Part shown: positions 25,373 to 34,416 of the stretch, one piece after another
Position numbering within the stretch: position 1 is the stretch's first letter
Layout of the letters: every line of letters begins with the position of its first letter
Virus record (IMG/VR): IMGVR_UViG_3300032212_000068
Location: 1-38,725 of that record
Length of the DNA: 38,725 nt
Origin: a virus
Taxonomy: Duplodnaviria > Caudoviricetes
Reading direction: 5' to 3' (one strand)
Translations under genes and position numbers: made by a program
The notes under the pieces: model-generated
Seen by the model: only the letters and a program-made list of their open reading frames with translations
What the model was told of the DNA's origin: nothing
The model's database searches: none

Positions 25373-28200
25373 TAGACGAAAAGCAATTTTTTGATGGCGT
25401 ATCTCAGTTCAAAGTCGGAAAAACTTCCATGAATCTGTCCGAAGAAATTAAGCCTCCTCCTGTTGAAGAGCAGGACCCTAACTTATCTGCTCCTCAACCT
25501 ACCCAAATAGCTGGATTAGGGAACAGATTTAGCAAAGGGCTAGGTAAGTTGTTCGGCAAAACTTCAGAAGAAATAGCCGGAGCCCATGCCCGTAAAGTAG
25601 GAGCACCGGAGTCTATTTCATTGGAACAGGCTGAAGCTCTTGTATTAGGGTTTACCTATTCCAAAAACTCTGGCCGTCCTATCGATGAGGATAACCTGGG
25701 CAAAATAATGAATAATCTTGAAAGTACCGAGGATTTAAAACGCCTTGTTGATATAGCCGGTACTGCAGAAGAGAAACTGACCAGACAAACCTTTGAAGAA
25801 ATCGCTGAAGACAGTGACGTATTTAAGGATTTAGCTCCTGTATTGAAAGGCAAACAAACCGGCTTACTCACAGCTAAGCAACAATATGGACTAAGGACTT
25901 TGTTAACTACCGCAGGCGAACGATCAGTTGATCTAGCCAAAAAAATTGCTGCCGGGGACCACACCCCTGAATTATTGGTTGAGTATCAGCAGACTTTTTC
26001 TGCTTTCGAATCTTTGTATCGTATGGCTCGTGGCAATGCCCGAGAGACAGCAAGAGCGCTAAATCAACAAAAAATGCTAGCCAAGACCTTAGGTAATAAA
26101 AGTCTAAGAGAAATGAAAGCATCATTAGAAATCTTTGGCGGAAACCCTGAAGGTGGCGGCATTATCAATTCAGCTAAAAATCTTGCTGCTAGAACCGAGA
26201 AAGGCGAGGGCGGCATAAAAGCCTTGAGTTACGTCCTGGATAAAAAACTTAATTTGTATACCAGGGGAGCGGTAGAACTCTGGAAAAACAACATTTTATC
26301 TGGATTAGGCACTCACGCCGTCAATTTATCTTCTGTTGCTGTTGCTAATATGTGGGAAAATTTTGCTCTTCGCCCTATTGCTGCCGGTATAGGCAAAGCA
26401 AGAACGGCTGTGACAGGGAGCACTGACAGAGTTACTATGTCAGAAATTGCTTACCAACAAGCTGGCGCTTTTGTTGGATTTCGTTCCTCATTTGGCATGT
26501 TTAGAGATTCATTTTTATCGGGTCAATCTAAATTTGGTCCGGCCAATAAGGCCGAACACACTGGTGCTGTACAACAAATAACTAGTGATTTGACCGGTGG
26601 CAGTAAAACGGGTCAAGTTCTTGCAGACGCTTCTACTATTTCATTTCGTTTGCTGCAGGCTGAAGATGATGCTATGCGTGGAATCGTCTTTACGAGCGAG
26701 TTGTATGCTCTATCCGCCAGAGAAGGAAGATTAAAGGGGTTAAAAGGCAAGGATTTATTGGAGTACGTAGATAACGCAATCGAAAACCCTTCAGATGAAA
26801 TTTATGATGCGGCCATACAAGAGGCAGCTCGTAAAACATTCACCCAAGGAGACCTTAAAGGTGCAGTGGGCATGATGGCCAAATATACCAGGGCAATGAC
26901 GGGTCAGGTCCCTGCTCTGCAGTTTATCCTTCCCTTTGTAAACACACCAGCTAATTTACTCCAATATGGCATGGATACATCAATTCTAGCAGCTGTTTCG
27001 CCGCGTTTATGGCGTGAAGTTACGGAAGGAGGAGCAAAAGCAGACATGGCTTTGGCTAAAATATCTACTGGTACTTCATTGACAATTGGCTTATGGCAAA
27101 TGTATGAAGCTGGTTTGATTTCTGGATCCGGCCCAGAGGACCCGGCCAAACGGTCCCAACTGGAAAAAGAAGGATGGAAGCCCAATGCCATAAAAGGCCC
27201 AGACGGACAATGGTACCAAATTAAAAGGATGGAGCCATTTTCTACTTCTATGGCTTTTGTCGCCGAAGCATTAGACAAGGCTAAATACGCACCGACTGAA
27301 GAAGCGGCCAAAGAGTACATGGCTCACGCTATGTTGACCCTGGCCGAGACAGCCATGGATTCGGCCTGGACTTCAAATGTTTATGATTTCTATGAAGCGA
27401 TACAAAATCCGAAGAAATGGAGTACTTTCCAATCTAACTTTGCCGCTTCTTTTGTTCCATATTCAGCAGCCGTTAGAACAGCAGAACAAATACAGGATCC
27501 AGTGGCTGCTAGAGTTAGCGATGACCCTATGATCAAAAAAGGGTGGAAAGAATTAACGGGCGAAAGAATAAGAGCCAATACTCCTTTCCTGTCTCAGACT
27601 CTTCGTCCTAGTCGATATTGGGACGGCACCGTTAAGGTTCCCGACCAGGGCGGTTTTGCTTTTGCTATTTCTCCTATAAAAACCGGTACTGTAGGCAAAG
27701 GGGACATAGCTAATAGGGAATTAATACGAAATGGAGTCAACAGCCCCGAGCCAGATTCCATCATAAGAACAGGGTATACTACTTTTTCATTGTTGGACAT
27801 AACCGGCGGAGATGACTACTTGTACGATGCTTACATTGTTGAAGTCGGCAGAGCAAGGCGTGAGTTAATGGACAAAGTGGTAAATCACCGTTCTTACCAA
27901 AAGTTGAGTGAAGGCCCTAACGGCGAAAGATTTGCTATCCTTCAACGAGTAATGGCAACATCAAAAAGAGTGGGAATGAAAAATTTTTTTGATGACGTTT
28001 TAATATCGGCATTGAAAAAGGATAGTACCTTATATACAAGAGCAGAGCAAACTTTCTTGGCCGATCCTGAGTCTTTTATCAAAGAATTATCGCGAGACAT
28101 AGGGAAATATGACTTAGGCATCAGTGTCAAGGAAATATTTAACCCGACCAGGGAACCAATAGAGTTACCTAATGATCAATCTTACGTACCGAGGTTTTAG
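25369..28200 (+). CDS. Large internal virion (ejection) protein, gp16-like
   Basis: NILSG..TH.VN, RLL.AEDD, PFVNTP.N, GSGP, GWKP and R.EPF motifs; precedes the tail fibre. Confidence 0.7.
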   Translation: MIDEKQFFDGVSQFKVGKTSMNLSEEIKPPPVEEQDPNLSAPQPTQIAGLGNRFSKGLGKLFGKTSEEIAGAHARKVGAPESISLEQAEALVLGFTYSKNSGRPIDEDNLGKIMNNLESTEDLKRLVDIAGTAEEKLTRQTFEEIAEDSDVFKDLAPVLKGKQTGLLTAKQQYGLRTLLTTAGERSVDLAKKIAAGDHTPELLVEYQQTFSAFESLYRMARGNARETARALNQQKMLAKTLGNKSLREMKASLEIFGGNPEGGGIINSAKNLAARTEKGEGGIKALSYVLDKKLNLYTRGAVELWKNNILSGLGTHAVNLSSVAVANMWENFALRPIAAGIGKARTAVTGSTDRVTMSEIAYQQAGAFVGFRSSFGMFRDSFLSGQSKFGPANKAEHTGAVQQITSDLTGGSKTGQVLADASTISFRLLQAEDDAMRGIVFTSELYALSAREGRLKGLKGKDLLEYVDNAIENPSDEIYDAAIQEAARKTFTQGDLKGAVGMMAKYTRAMTGQVPALQFILPFVNTPANLLQYGMDTSILAAVSPRLWREVTEGGAKADMALAKISTGTSLTIGLWQMYEAGLISGSGPEDPAKRSQLEKEGWKPNAIKGPDGQWYQIKRMEPFSTSMAFVAEALDKAKYAPTEEAAKEYMAHAMLTLAETAMDSAWTSNVYDFYEAIQNPKKWSTFQSNFAASFVPYSAAVRTAEQIQDPVAARVSDDPMIKKGWKELTGERIRANTPFLSQTLRPSRYWDGTVKVPDQGGFAFAISPIKTGTVGKGDIANRELIRNGVNSPEPDSIIRTGYTTFSLLDITGGDDYLYDAYIVEVGRARRELMDKVVNHRSYQKLSEGPNGERFAILQRVMATSKRVGMKNFFDDVLISALKKDSTLYTRAEQTFLADPESFIKELSRDIGKYDLGISVKEIFNPTREPIELPNDQSYVPRF

Positions 28201-28202
28201 TT

Positions 28203-29468
28203 ATGACTGTAGAAACAACAAATAATAGAATTAATTATACTGGTGATGGTGCCACTGAAGATTTTGCTTTTACATTCAAAACCTTTGACGAAAATACCAT
28301 TAAAGTTTATGAAGATAATGTTCTCACTGTTGGAGCTGTCACCGTAAGTCTGAATTCAAACCAAGATTTGGCTCCTGGCGGTTCAGTTAATGTTGTTCCT
28401 GCCCCGGCTATTGATGTTGTAGTGTCAGTAAAAAGAGAAGAAATTTTGTCTCAGGGAGTTGATTACACTACTGGTGACCAATTCCCTGCTGATACCCATG
28501 AGGGGGCGCTGGATAAATTAACCTTTATTGACCAACAACAACAAGACGAATTAGACAGAACTGCCAAAGGCGGGAATGATGCTGGTGCTGGGGTAGATTA
28601 CACACTACCATTACCTATAGCCGGTAAAGCTATAAAATGGAACGCAACTGCAGATGGATTTGAGAATTCTACTGAAGACCCAGATAACAGTGTAGCGTTG
28701 GCCCAACAAGCCGTACTAGACGCTCAGGCCCAAGTTGTATTGGCAGCAGCCCAAGTAGTGTTATGTCAAGCTGAAGTTGTTAACGCTCAGACTGAAGTTG
28801 CTAACGCCCAAGCCGAAGTCGCATTAGCAGCGGCTCAGGCTGTAGCTGCCGACGCTTCAAGAGTATTGGCGGAAGCAGCCCAGGCGGCGGCGGAAGCGGC
28901 CCAGACCGCAGCAGAAGCAGCAGCAGCAGGAGTAAATTTGCCATCGGTCGGCGCTGGCGACGCAGCTAAATTACTTAGAGTAAATGGCGCGGAAACTGGA
29001 TTTGAACTAGATAGCCCTATTGGTGATTTTTGCAATAACGAAAATGATAATTTAATGAGCGCAGTTGTTCTTGATTGTGGTAGCCCTGATCTCGCCGCTT
29101 CTACATGGGAAAGTGTTGGACCAACTGGATCGGGAGCTGACCATATATGGACAGCTTTGGACTCAGTTCCAGATGGTGCAGATTTTATTGAAGTAGACGT
29201 TTATATTCGTGTCGGTAGTGCTCCGGCCCAAACTGAAGTTTATGGAGGTTTGTATTCGAGACCATTAGGGAGTGTTTCTAGTACAAATAGAACTACTAAC
29301 CTACAGGAACTTCATTTAGAAGGAAACAGTGGCACATGGAGAATCACTCAAAGGAAAACTAGAAAATTAAAGATGGACACTAACAGAATGTTTGAACTTA
29401 GATATTCCATGATCGCTAACATTTTAAATGCAGAACTTTTATTGATTGGCTACGGCTACAATAGATAA
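28203..29468 (+). CDS. Tail fibre with T7 gp17-type N-terminal adaptor and Ala-rich coiled coil
   Basis: YTGDG.T..F.FTF, HE.ALDKLT...QQ, heptad repeats AQAQVVL/AQTEVAN/AQAEVAL. Confidence 0.85.
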   Translation: MTVETTNNRINYTGDGATEDFAFTFKTFDENTIKVYEDNVLTVGAVTVSLNSNQDLAPGGSVNVVPAPAIDVVVSVKREEILSQGVDYTTGDQFPADTHEGALDKLTFIDQQQQDELDRTAKGGNDAGAGVDYTLPLPIAGKAIKWNATADGFENSTEDPDNSVALAQQAVLDAQAQVVLAAAQVVLCQAEVVNAQTEVANAQAEVALAAAQAVAADASRVLAEAAQAAAEAAQTAAEAAAAGVNLPSVGAGDAAKLLRVNGAETGFELDSPIGDFCNNENDNLMSAVVLDCGSPDLAASTWESVGPTGSGADHIWTALDSVPDGADFIEVDVYIRVGSAPAQTEVYGGLYSRPLGSVSSTNRTTNLQELHLEGNSGTWRITQRKTRKLKMDTNRMFELRYSMIANILNAELLLIGYGYNR

Positions 29469-29477
29469 GGAGAGACA

Positions 29478-29729
29478 GTGCCTGATTCAACTTTAAATTT
29501 AATATCCACTATATGGGAATGGTTAAAATATGCGGGCGTCACTGTTTTAGGGCTATTTGGGTGGTACGTAAGAACTCAATCTAAAAAAATATCGGACCTA
29601 GAACGAGAGTCTGTGTCTAGGTCCGAATTGACCAGTGCTGTTAATGGACTAACTAAAGAAATTCACCGTGGATTTGACCATTTAACTAATAGAATAGATA
29701 ACTTAAATGATAAGGAGCCAAAATGTTAA
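29478..29729 (+). CDS. Small membrane protein (TM plus coiled coil), holin-like
   Basis: GTG start with AAGGAG SD; one TM helix followed by a coiled coil. Confidence 0.6.
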   Translation: MPDSTLNLISTIWEWLKYAGVTVLGLFGWYVRTQSKKISDLERESVSRSELTSAVNGLTKEIHRGFDHLTNRIDNLNDKEPKC

Positions 29730-29730
29730 A

Positions 29731-30168
29731 TTAAATAACCAGAAGTAATTCTTTCCAATCCATGTATCCTTTCCACGTATACGATGCCCATTCCCGCCAT
29801 TGTTTCGATGTTTTAAGTTTTGAAAGGTGAAGAACCGCATTTATGTCGAACAGACAATAATACCATAGTCCATCTATTTTTAATTTAGCGAAGACATAAC
29901 AATCTAGTCCATGTGCTTTGTTCCTTTTCCTAAACCACTTAATTTGGGAAGGCCTTATTTTTGGCGGTTTTTTACTGTCGCTGAATTTTAGTTCTAACTT
30001 AAATGAACCGCGAATAACATGCATGTCTACGTCCGGGAATCCAGCTGACGTCACAGGTGATTCTATAAAAGAAATATGAGCGTTAGGTTCAACGCTCTTT
30101 ATTCCCTTCTCCAGTTCATCCGCTAATAGAGCTTCACTCACTGATGAAATCCCCATGCTCAATTTCAC
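29731..30168 (-). CDS. VRR-NUC / PD-(D/E)xK nuclease, Holliday-junction resolvase-like (true start probably GTG 30141)
   Basis: IES...AGFPDV...LELK...IRPSQIKW. Confidence 0.85.
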   Translation of the reverse strand: MKLSMGISSVSEALLADELEKGIKSVEPNAHISFIESPVTSAGFPDVDMHVIRGSFKLELKFSDSKKPPKIRPSQIKWFRKRNKAHGLDCYVFAKLKIDGLWYYCLFDINAVLHLSKLKTSKQWREWASYTWKGYMDWKELLLVI

Positions 30169-30661
30169 CTATGGTTTCACCTACTGCATCCTGTAAAGCT
30201 TTATCAGTACTGGCGTATAATGCAATTCTCCTGTTTAGGCGATCTATCAGGTTATCGGCTACAATGGCCGCATGTCTGCCCAGGCCATGGGTGTTGATGA
30301 ACCAAACAGCCTCTATTAAGTCAGCTATAGCTACAATAGCGATTTCACGGCTTGAACATTCAGACTTATTTTTGCCTGCATAGCAGTCTTTTATTTTTAA
30401 TTTTTCCTTTGTGGGCGATGGTATGTCCCCTGTGTTTACTTCGTCTAGGTCATGGTCGAATGCGTACTTCATTATTTTAATGTCATCCATGCCTAGCTTA
30501 TTGGCGATAGACCTAGCTATAGTCACCACATTGAACGTGTGTTCCGCTAAACTTTGAGTGCGGCTGGTATTAACCATGTTCCACCGGGTTATATCTTGTG
30601 CCCTTAGTATATCTTGTATGTTAAGGACGTTATGTTGTTTTAATTCGCTTACTTTATTCAT
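30134..30661 (-). CDS. datZ: HD-domain dATP phosphohydrolase (DatZ-like)
   Basis: TRW...QSLAEH...HDLDE..TGDIPSP.K...ADLIEA; clustered with purZ. Confidence 0.9.
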   Translation of the reverse strand: MNKVSELKQHNVLNIQDILRAQDITRWNMVNTSRTQSLAEHTFNVVTIARSIANKLGMDDIKIMKYAFDHDLDEVNTGDIPSPTKEKLKIKDCYAGKNKSECSSREIAIVAIADLIEAVWFINTHGLGRHAAIVADNLIDRLNRRIALYASTDKALQDAVGETIGEIEHGDFISE

Positions 30662-30939
30662 TTTCTGCTCCTATATTTTTTTATTTGTTGGTGAGTTAAA
30701 GCCACAAGGAAATTTAGTACATCTGCAGCTTCTTCGATCACGTGAACGATTTCTTCATCTTGGACAGCGTTATCTAATTCAATCACTTCCCCCTTTACCA
30801 TTTCAATTAAATCAGTGCTACTGCAATTGGCTATGTCTCCCTTGTGGTAATTCAACACCATTTTAGTTTTAGCCATCAATTTAATGGCCTCAAAAGCGTC
30901 GTCATAGGCGCTGTGTTCCCACTTATCATCAGGTTTCAT
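30658..30939 (-). CDS. mazZ: MazG-like (d)GTP pyrophosphohydrolase (MazZ-like); start re-assigned to ATG 30939
   Basis: HKG, GEVIEL and EEAADV (ExxE...ExxD all-alpha NTP-PPase motif); lies between purZ and datZ. Confidence 0.8.
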   Translation of the reverse strand: MKPDDKWEHSAYDDAFEAIKLMAKTKMVLNYHKGDIANCSSTDLIEMVKGEVIELDNAVQDEEIVHVIEEAADVLNFLVALTHQQIKKYRSRK

Positions 30940-31927
30940 CAATGTCTCCCACTGAAGGCCCAAATCCTAGGTACTTGACTTTTCCTTCAAAATGGCCAAT
31001 TATGTCGCGCATTTGGTCACTATCCTCAATATAATTGCAAAAATTGAGGAACACTTCATCTGGAGCGAACATGTACATAGCGTCGTCTATTTGTTGCTTC
31101 GAGAACGTGAATACCCGTCTCACTTTGTTAGTAACGGTAGTTCTCTCCTGAGCTAACCCGAGGTCCTCCCAGCGGGTCTCGGTCTGGTCGCCATAGCACC
31201 CCCCACTCGTCCCGCCGACCCGAATCGGGTACGTACGTGCGGTCCCGAGTACCGTCCTAAGGTATGGGAGCGGTATGGCCATGTCGGACATGAATCGAGC
31301 AGGGCTGCAATCCCGGCTAGTACAATAAGGATAAAATTTTTCATTTATCCCGAGACTAAATCCTTGAGCCCCTTCTGCCAGTATGCTATGCGCATTTTTT
31401 ATTATTTCATTGTATCCGCTGCCCGAGATTACTGATAGTCCGTACCTTTCTTGATCAAAATTTGAAACTAAATCCCTGGCTATGACGCTATTATCAGGAT
31501 TCCGTTTCATTTTGTCGATGGAAGCTGCCATTGATCCCTGTTTGGTGGACCCAATGGATTCCAATGTTGATTCCTCTTCTCTATGGCGGTCTAACACAGG
31601 GACAGCATTTTCATGGACGAATACTTTAGCATCCTTCATGTAACCAAATTGTTTGGCCTGTTGGATTTCGTTATACAATCGGCTCACATCGAAAACAGAC
31701 CCTGGCCCTATGAGCACGTATTTACAACGGGGGCTGACGATTCCATTAGGCAAGACCTTATGGATCATTTTTTGTCCTTTAGCGTCGATAAACGTATGAC
31801 CGGCATTGGGCATGTTGGCATTAACGATAACGTCGTGTTGTGTCTTCAGTGCTATGTAGCCTGCTATTAGCCCTTTTCCTGTTGAACCATATTGTAGGTC
31901 CACTATCATATCAACTTTTTTAGTCAC
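30929..31927 (-). CDS. purZ: N6-succino-2-amino-2'-deoxyadenylate synthase PurZ
   Basis: PurA fold with QYGSTGKG (Ser instead of PurA Asp), PNAGHT, EGAQG, YPYCTSRD, TTVT..RR, and LNFCN instead of TKxD. Confidence 0.95.
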   Translation of the reverse strand: MTKKVDMIVDLQYGSTGKGLIAGYIALKTQHDVIVNANMPNAGHTFIDAKGQKMIHKVLPNGIVSPRCKYVLIGPGSVFDVSRLYNEIQQAKQFGYMKDAKVFVHENAVPVLDRHREEESTLESIGSTKQGSMAASIDKMKRNPDNSVIARDLVSNFDQERYGLSVISGSGYNEIIKNAHSILAEGAQGFSLGINEKFYPYCTSRDCSPARFMSDMAIPLPYLRTVLGTARTYPIRVGGTSGGCYGDQTETRWEDLGLAQERTTVTNKVRRVFTFSKQQIDDAMYMFAPDEVFLNFCNYIEDSDQMRDIIGHFEGKVKYLGFGPSVGDIDET

Positions 31928-32120
31928 CGTCTATTTCTCCTTCTGATGGAGCCGGATAGTTAGGTAATTCGTCACTAAGACCGGCATACTGTCGAGGAGC
32001 ACCATACCCATTAGTATAGAATATATTTAAGTCTAAGCCCCTATCTCTTAATTCACAAGCTAAATCCTGTGCTTCGTTCTCGTCCTTTATGAAAATCTCA
32101 ATCTTCATTATTTTGCTCAT
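31920..32120 (-). CDS. Hypothetical protein
   Basis: AGGAG SD; overlaps both neighbours. Confidence 0.7.
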   Translation of the reverse strand: MSKIMKIEIFIKDENEAQDLACELRDRGLDLNIFYTNGYGAPRQYAGLSDELPNYPAPSEGEIDGD

Positions 32121-34416
32121 CTTCTTCTCCTATCATGTTTCCATATTTAGTTGCAATAAACTCCTTAGCTTTTTCTGTGGTGGGTATTCTAAATACTCGC
32201 TTTCTTGGTCCACTACTTACTTTTACTCTTGTTTCTGACAGCCCTATGTTCCTTTTGACGTCACGCAGGAATACGTTCATTGTTAATGCTCGTTTATTCC
32301 TTTTTATACACCAATTCTCATAGTCGTCGTATAGATTAACTTTATCTACAAATTCCGGCCAGCTCGATGCTGTATCTTTGCCCGGTTCAAATTCTTTCTC
32401 GTCAGGAGCTTCAATGACCCCTGATATTAAGCACCTAGTCCACCAATTTAATACGCTATCTTCTTGTGCGCTCATTACTCGTTGGTCCTGGAGTGCCTTG
32501 GTTTCGATGGCATGCCGTAGATTAGACTTTATTTCCCTGTTTAGTAACATGTAAATTAAAGCTTCCTTGCCTCCATTGTCTAACTCGTCCCGTATAGAGT
32601 TAAAATATTGGACGTTGTTGGCTTGTTCTTCGTTCACGTCTAACACTAGCCAGCGCCGACTATCGACCCCAGCCGGTACGACCCAACTATTGTTTGATGC
32701 TATCAACACGTGAATCATGTTGCGATACAAAATCGCATCTATCCCCTTTCGTTCACCAACGAGATTACGTTCTGTAACCATGCCTTTAAGTTTACCATCC
32801 GTTTTTTTGTTTCCTCCCCAGGTAATCTCATCAGCGAATACGACGATAGCATCAAGCAAATGTGCATTAAAATTGCTAGTGAGATGGCTATCATCAATGA
32901 GATGCCTATAATGAGGACCAAAAAGCTCACCCACAGCGTTCGCAAAAGTTCCTTTACCAATTCCTTCTCCTCCTCTCATTACAATGGCACAGCCCTTTGG
33001 ATTGTCTGGGTCCTGTACTAGGTCCGCCATCCAATCTACAACCCATTCATAGATTTCTTCAATTCCATTACATATGACTTCTTTAACGTGGGTAAGAAAT
33101 AAACTACAGTCCCCTGGTCTAGGGCTAACACTAAATCCGTTCCACGTATTGTAGTATCCATTTGGAGCTTTGCCTGGATAGAGGCCCATTCCGTTCGGGT
33201 AGGTTCTACGAAATTCGTGGCCGAGCCACACGTCCGCAACTGATACATTTTTGACTTTGCCATTTGGGTCCACCATCACTGTCTGTTCGTTTTGAAGTAA
33301 GGTTCTGAATGAGTCTTTATCTAAAAGGTCGTAGTGCATCATTGTTTCATGCTCTGGTTCCTTTTCTCTAAGTACTCTTATTTTGCCGCCGACTGATACT
33401 ATAGCATACTCTTCATTCATTCTTGCTACTAGTTCATCGTATTTGTTACCGGTAACGTCGTCATTCAGGGGGTCTGGTTTCCATCCTCCTTCTTTGGCGT
33501 AATAAAATAGAGTGCCAGCTCTGACTGAGCCTTCAAGACTAAATCCGTTCCACCTGACTTGACATTCACTTTCTTTGTACCGTGTACCCGATTGTGACCA
33601 ATTATCCCAGATTTTAAGCCCGTCTTCGTCAGGGTATTGCGATTTGATTGCCATACCAACTTTAAGCCAGCCATCGTAATCGAGTTCATCAATCGGAATA
33701 TGTGATAGCATGCCTTCAATCTGTTTAACAGGGATAATTTGTTCAAGGTCGTCTTCTCCTACGTTTTCGTTTCCGCGTCCGTACTTCGGTGGTCGCCACA
33801 ATACACCCATTCGTTCCATTACCCAAGGCGGTATTATAGGTAAATCACCGCCCGATATCCATTGGTATTGTTTATTATTCACAGAAGAAGGCCAAACAAC
33901 AATATGACCTTTACACGTGTTACCTTCTCCTCCCCTTGTGTCTATGCCCGGTGCTATTTTATTAGTTGTGCATGCTGCATTTTCCTGCCACCTAAACAAA
34001 TAGTGTTTGCCGCCATTAGGAGTCTCTTGAGAGGGGCCATAAGGCAACACGTCGTTTTCTATTTCTAACCTATCTAAATTTTTGAACCCATCCACATCTC
34101 CATGCATATCAACGTCTAAAGCAAAAACACCGTCATCTTTGCCGCAGGCCACGCCTAGATTCCATCCTTTAAATTTCCCTGTCTCTGGATGGAACCATTT
34201 GTCTATTGTCTTTTTGTTTTTAGACGCATGGCCATAGTTAACGTTAAATTCTTTTCTAGGTAATTTTTTATCATTAGCTACAATAGGCACAAGATAATAA
34301 CCGGCCTTTATGTACTCTAACGCGGCCAAGTAAACCTGCCACGAATAAGAACTGTTTTTAGATATTTCTCTTATTTTGTTTAGATTTAACCCTATTTCCT
34401 CTAATTTATGTTCCAT
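32098..34416 (-). CDS. Primase-polymerase (AEP bifunctional) plus PriCT-2 plus SF3-type helicase
   Basis: ALDVD, TPNGGKHY, GIDTRG...WPS (Prim-Pol); YDGWLKVGMA...WDNWS...W.GF (PriCT-2); GGEGIGKG, FADE, SN, SRRW (helicase). Confidence 0.92.
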   Translation of the reverse strand: MEHKLEEIGLNLNKIREISKNSSYSWQVYLAALEYIKAGYYLVPIVANDKKLPRKEFNVNYGHASKNKKTIDKWFHPETGKFKGWNLGVACGKDDGVFALDVDMHGDVDGFKNLDRLEIENDVLPYGPSQETPNGGKHYLFRWQENAACTTNKIAPGIDTRGGEGNTCKGHIVVWPSSVNNKQYQWISGGDLPIIPPWVMERMGVLWRPPKYGRGNENVGEDDLEQIIPVKQIEGMLSHIPIDELDYDGWLKVGMAIKSQYPDEDGLKIWDNWSQSGTRYKESECQVRWNGFSLEGSVRAGTLFYYAKEGGWKPDPLNDDVTGNKYDELVARMNEEYAIVSVGGKIRVLREKEPEHETMMHYDLLDKDSFRTLLQNEQTVMVDPNGKVKNVSVADVWLGHEFRRTYPNGMGLYPGKAPNGYYNTWNGFSVSPRPGDCSLFLTHVKEVICNGIEEIYEWVVDWMADLVQDPDNPKGCAIVMRGGEGIGKGTFANAVGELFGPHYRHLIDDSHLTSNFNAHLLDAIVVFADEITWGGNKKTDGKLKGMVTERNLVGERKGIDAILYRNMIHVLIASNNSWVVPAGVDSRRWLVLDVNEEQANNVQYFNSIRDELDNGGKEALIYMLLNREIKSNLRHAIETKALQDQRVMSAQEDSVLNWWTRCLISGVIEAPDEKEFEPGKDTASSWPEFVDKVNLYDDYENWCIKRNKRALTMNVFLRDVKRNIGLSETRVKVSSGPRKRVFRIPTTEKAKEFIATKYGNMIGEEDEQNNED

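Noticed and set aside
29720-29740. Bidirectional terminator at the convergence of the two arms
   Set aside because: The stop codons abut (TTAAATTAA) with no convincing GC stem
30929-31927. Ordinary purA auxiliary metabolic gene, or GTP-using PurZ0
   Set aside because: Ser at the catalytic Asp position argues against PurA, NFxN instead of TKxD argues for ATP use, and the mazZ/datZ/dpoZ context fits PurZ
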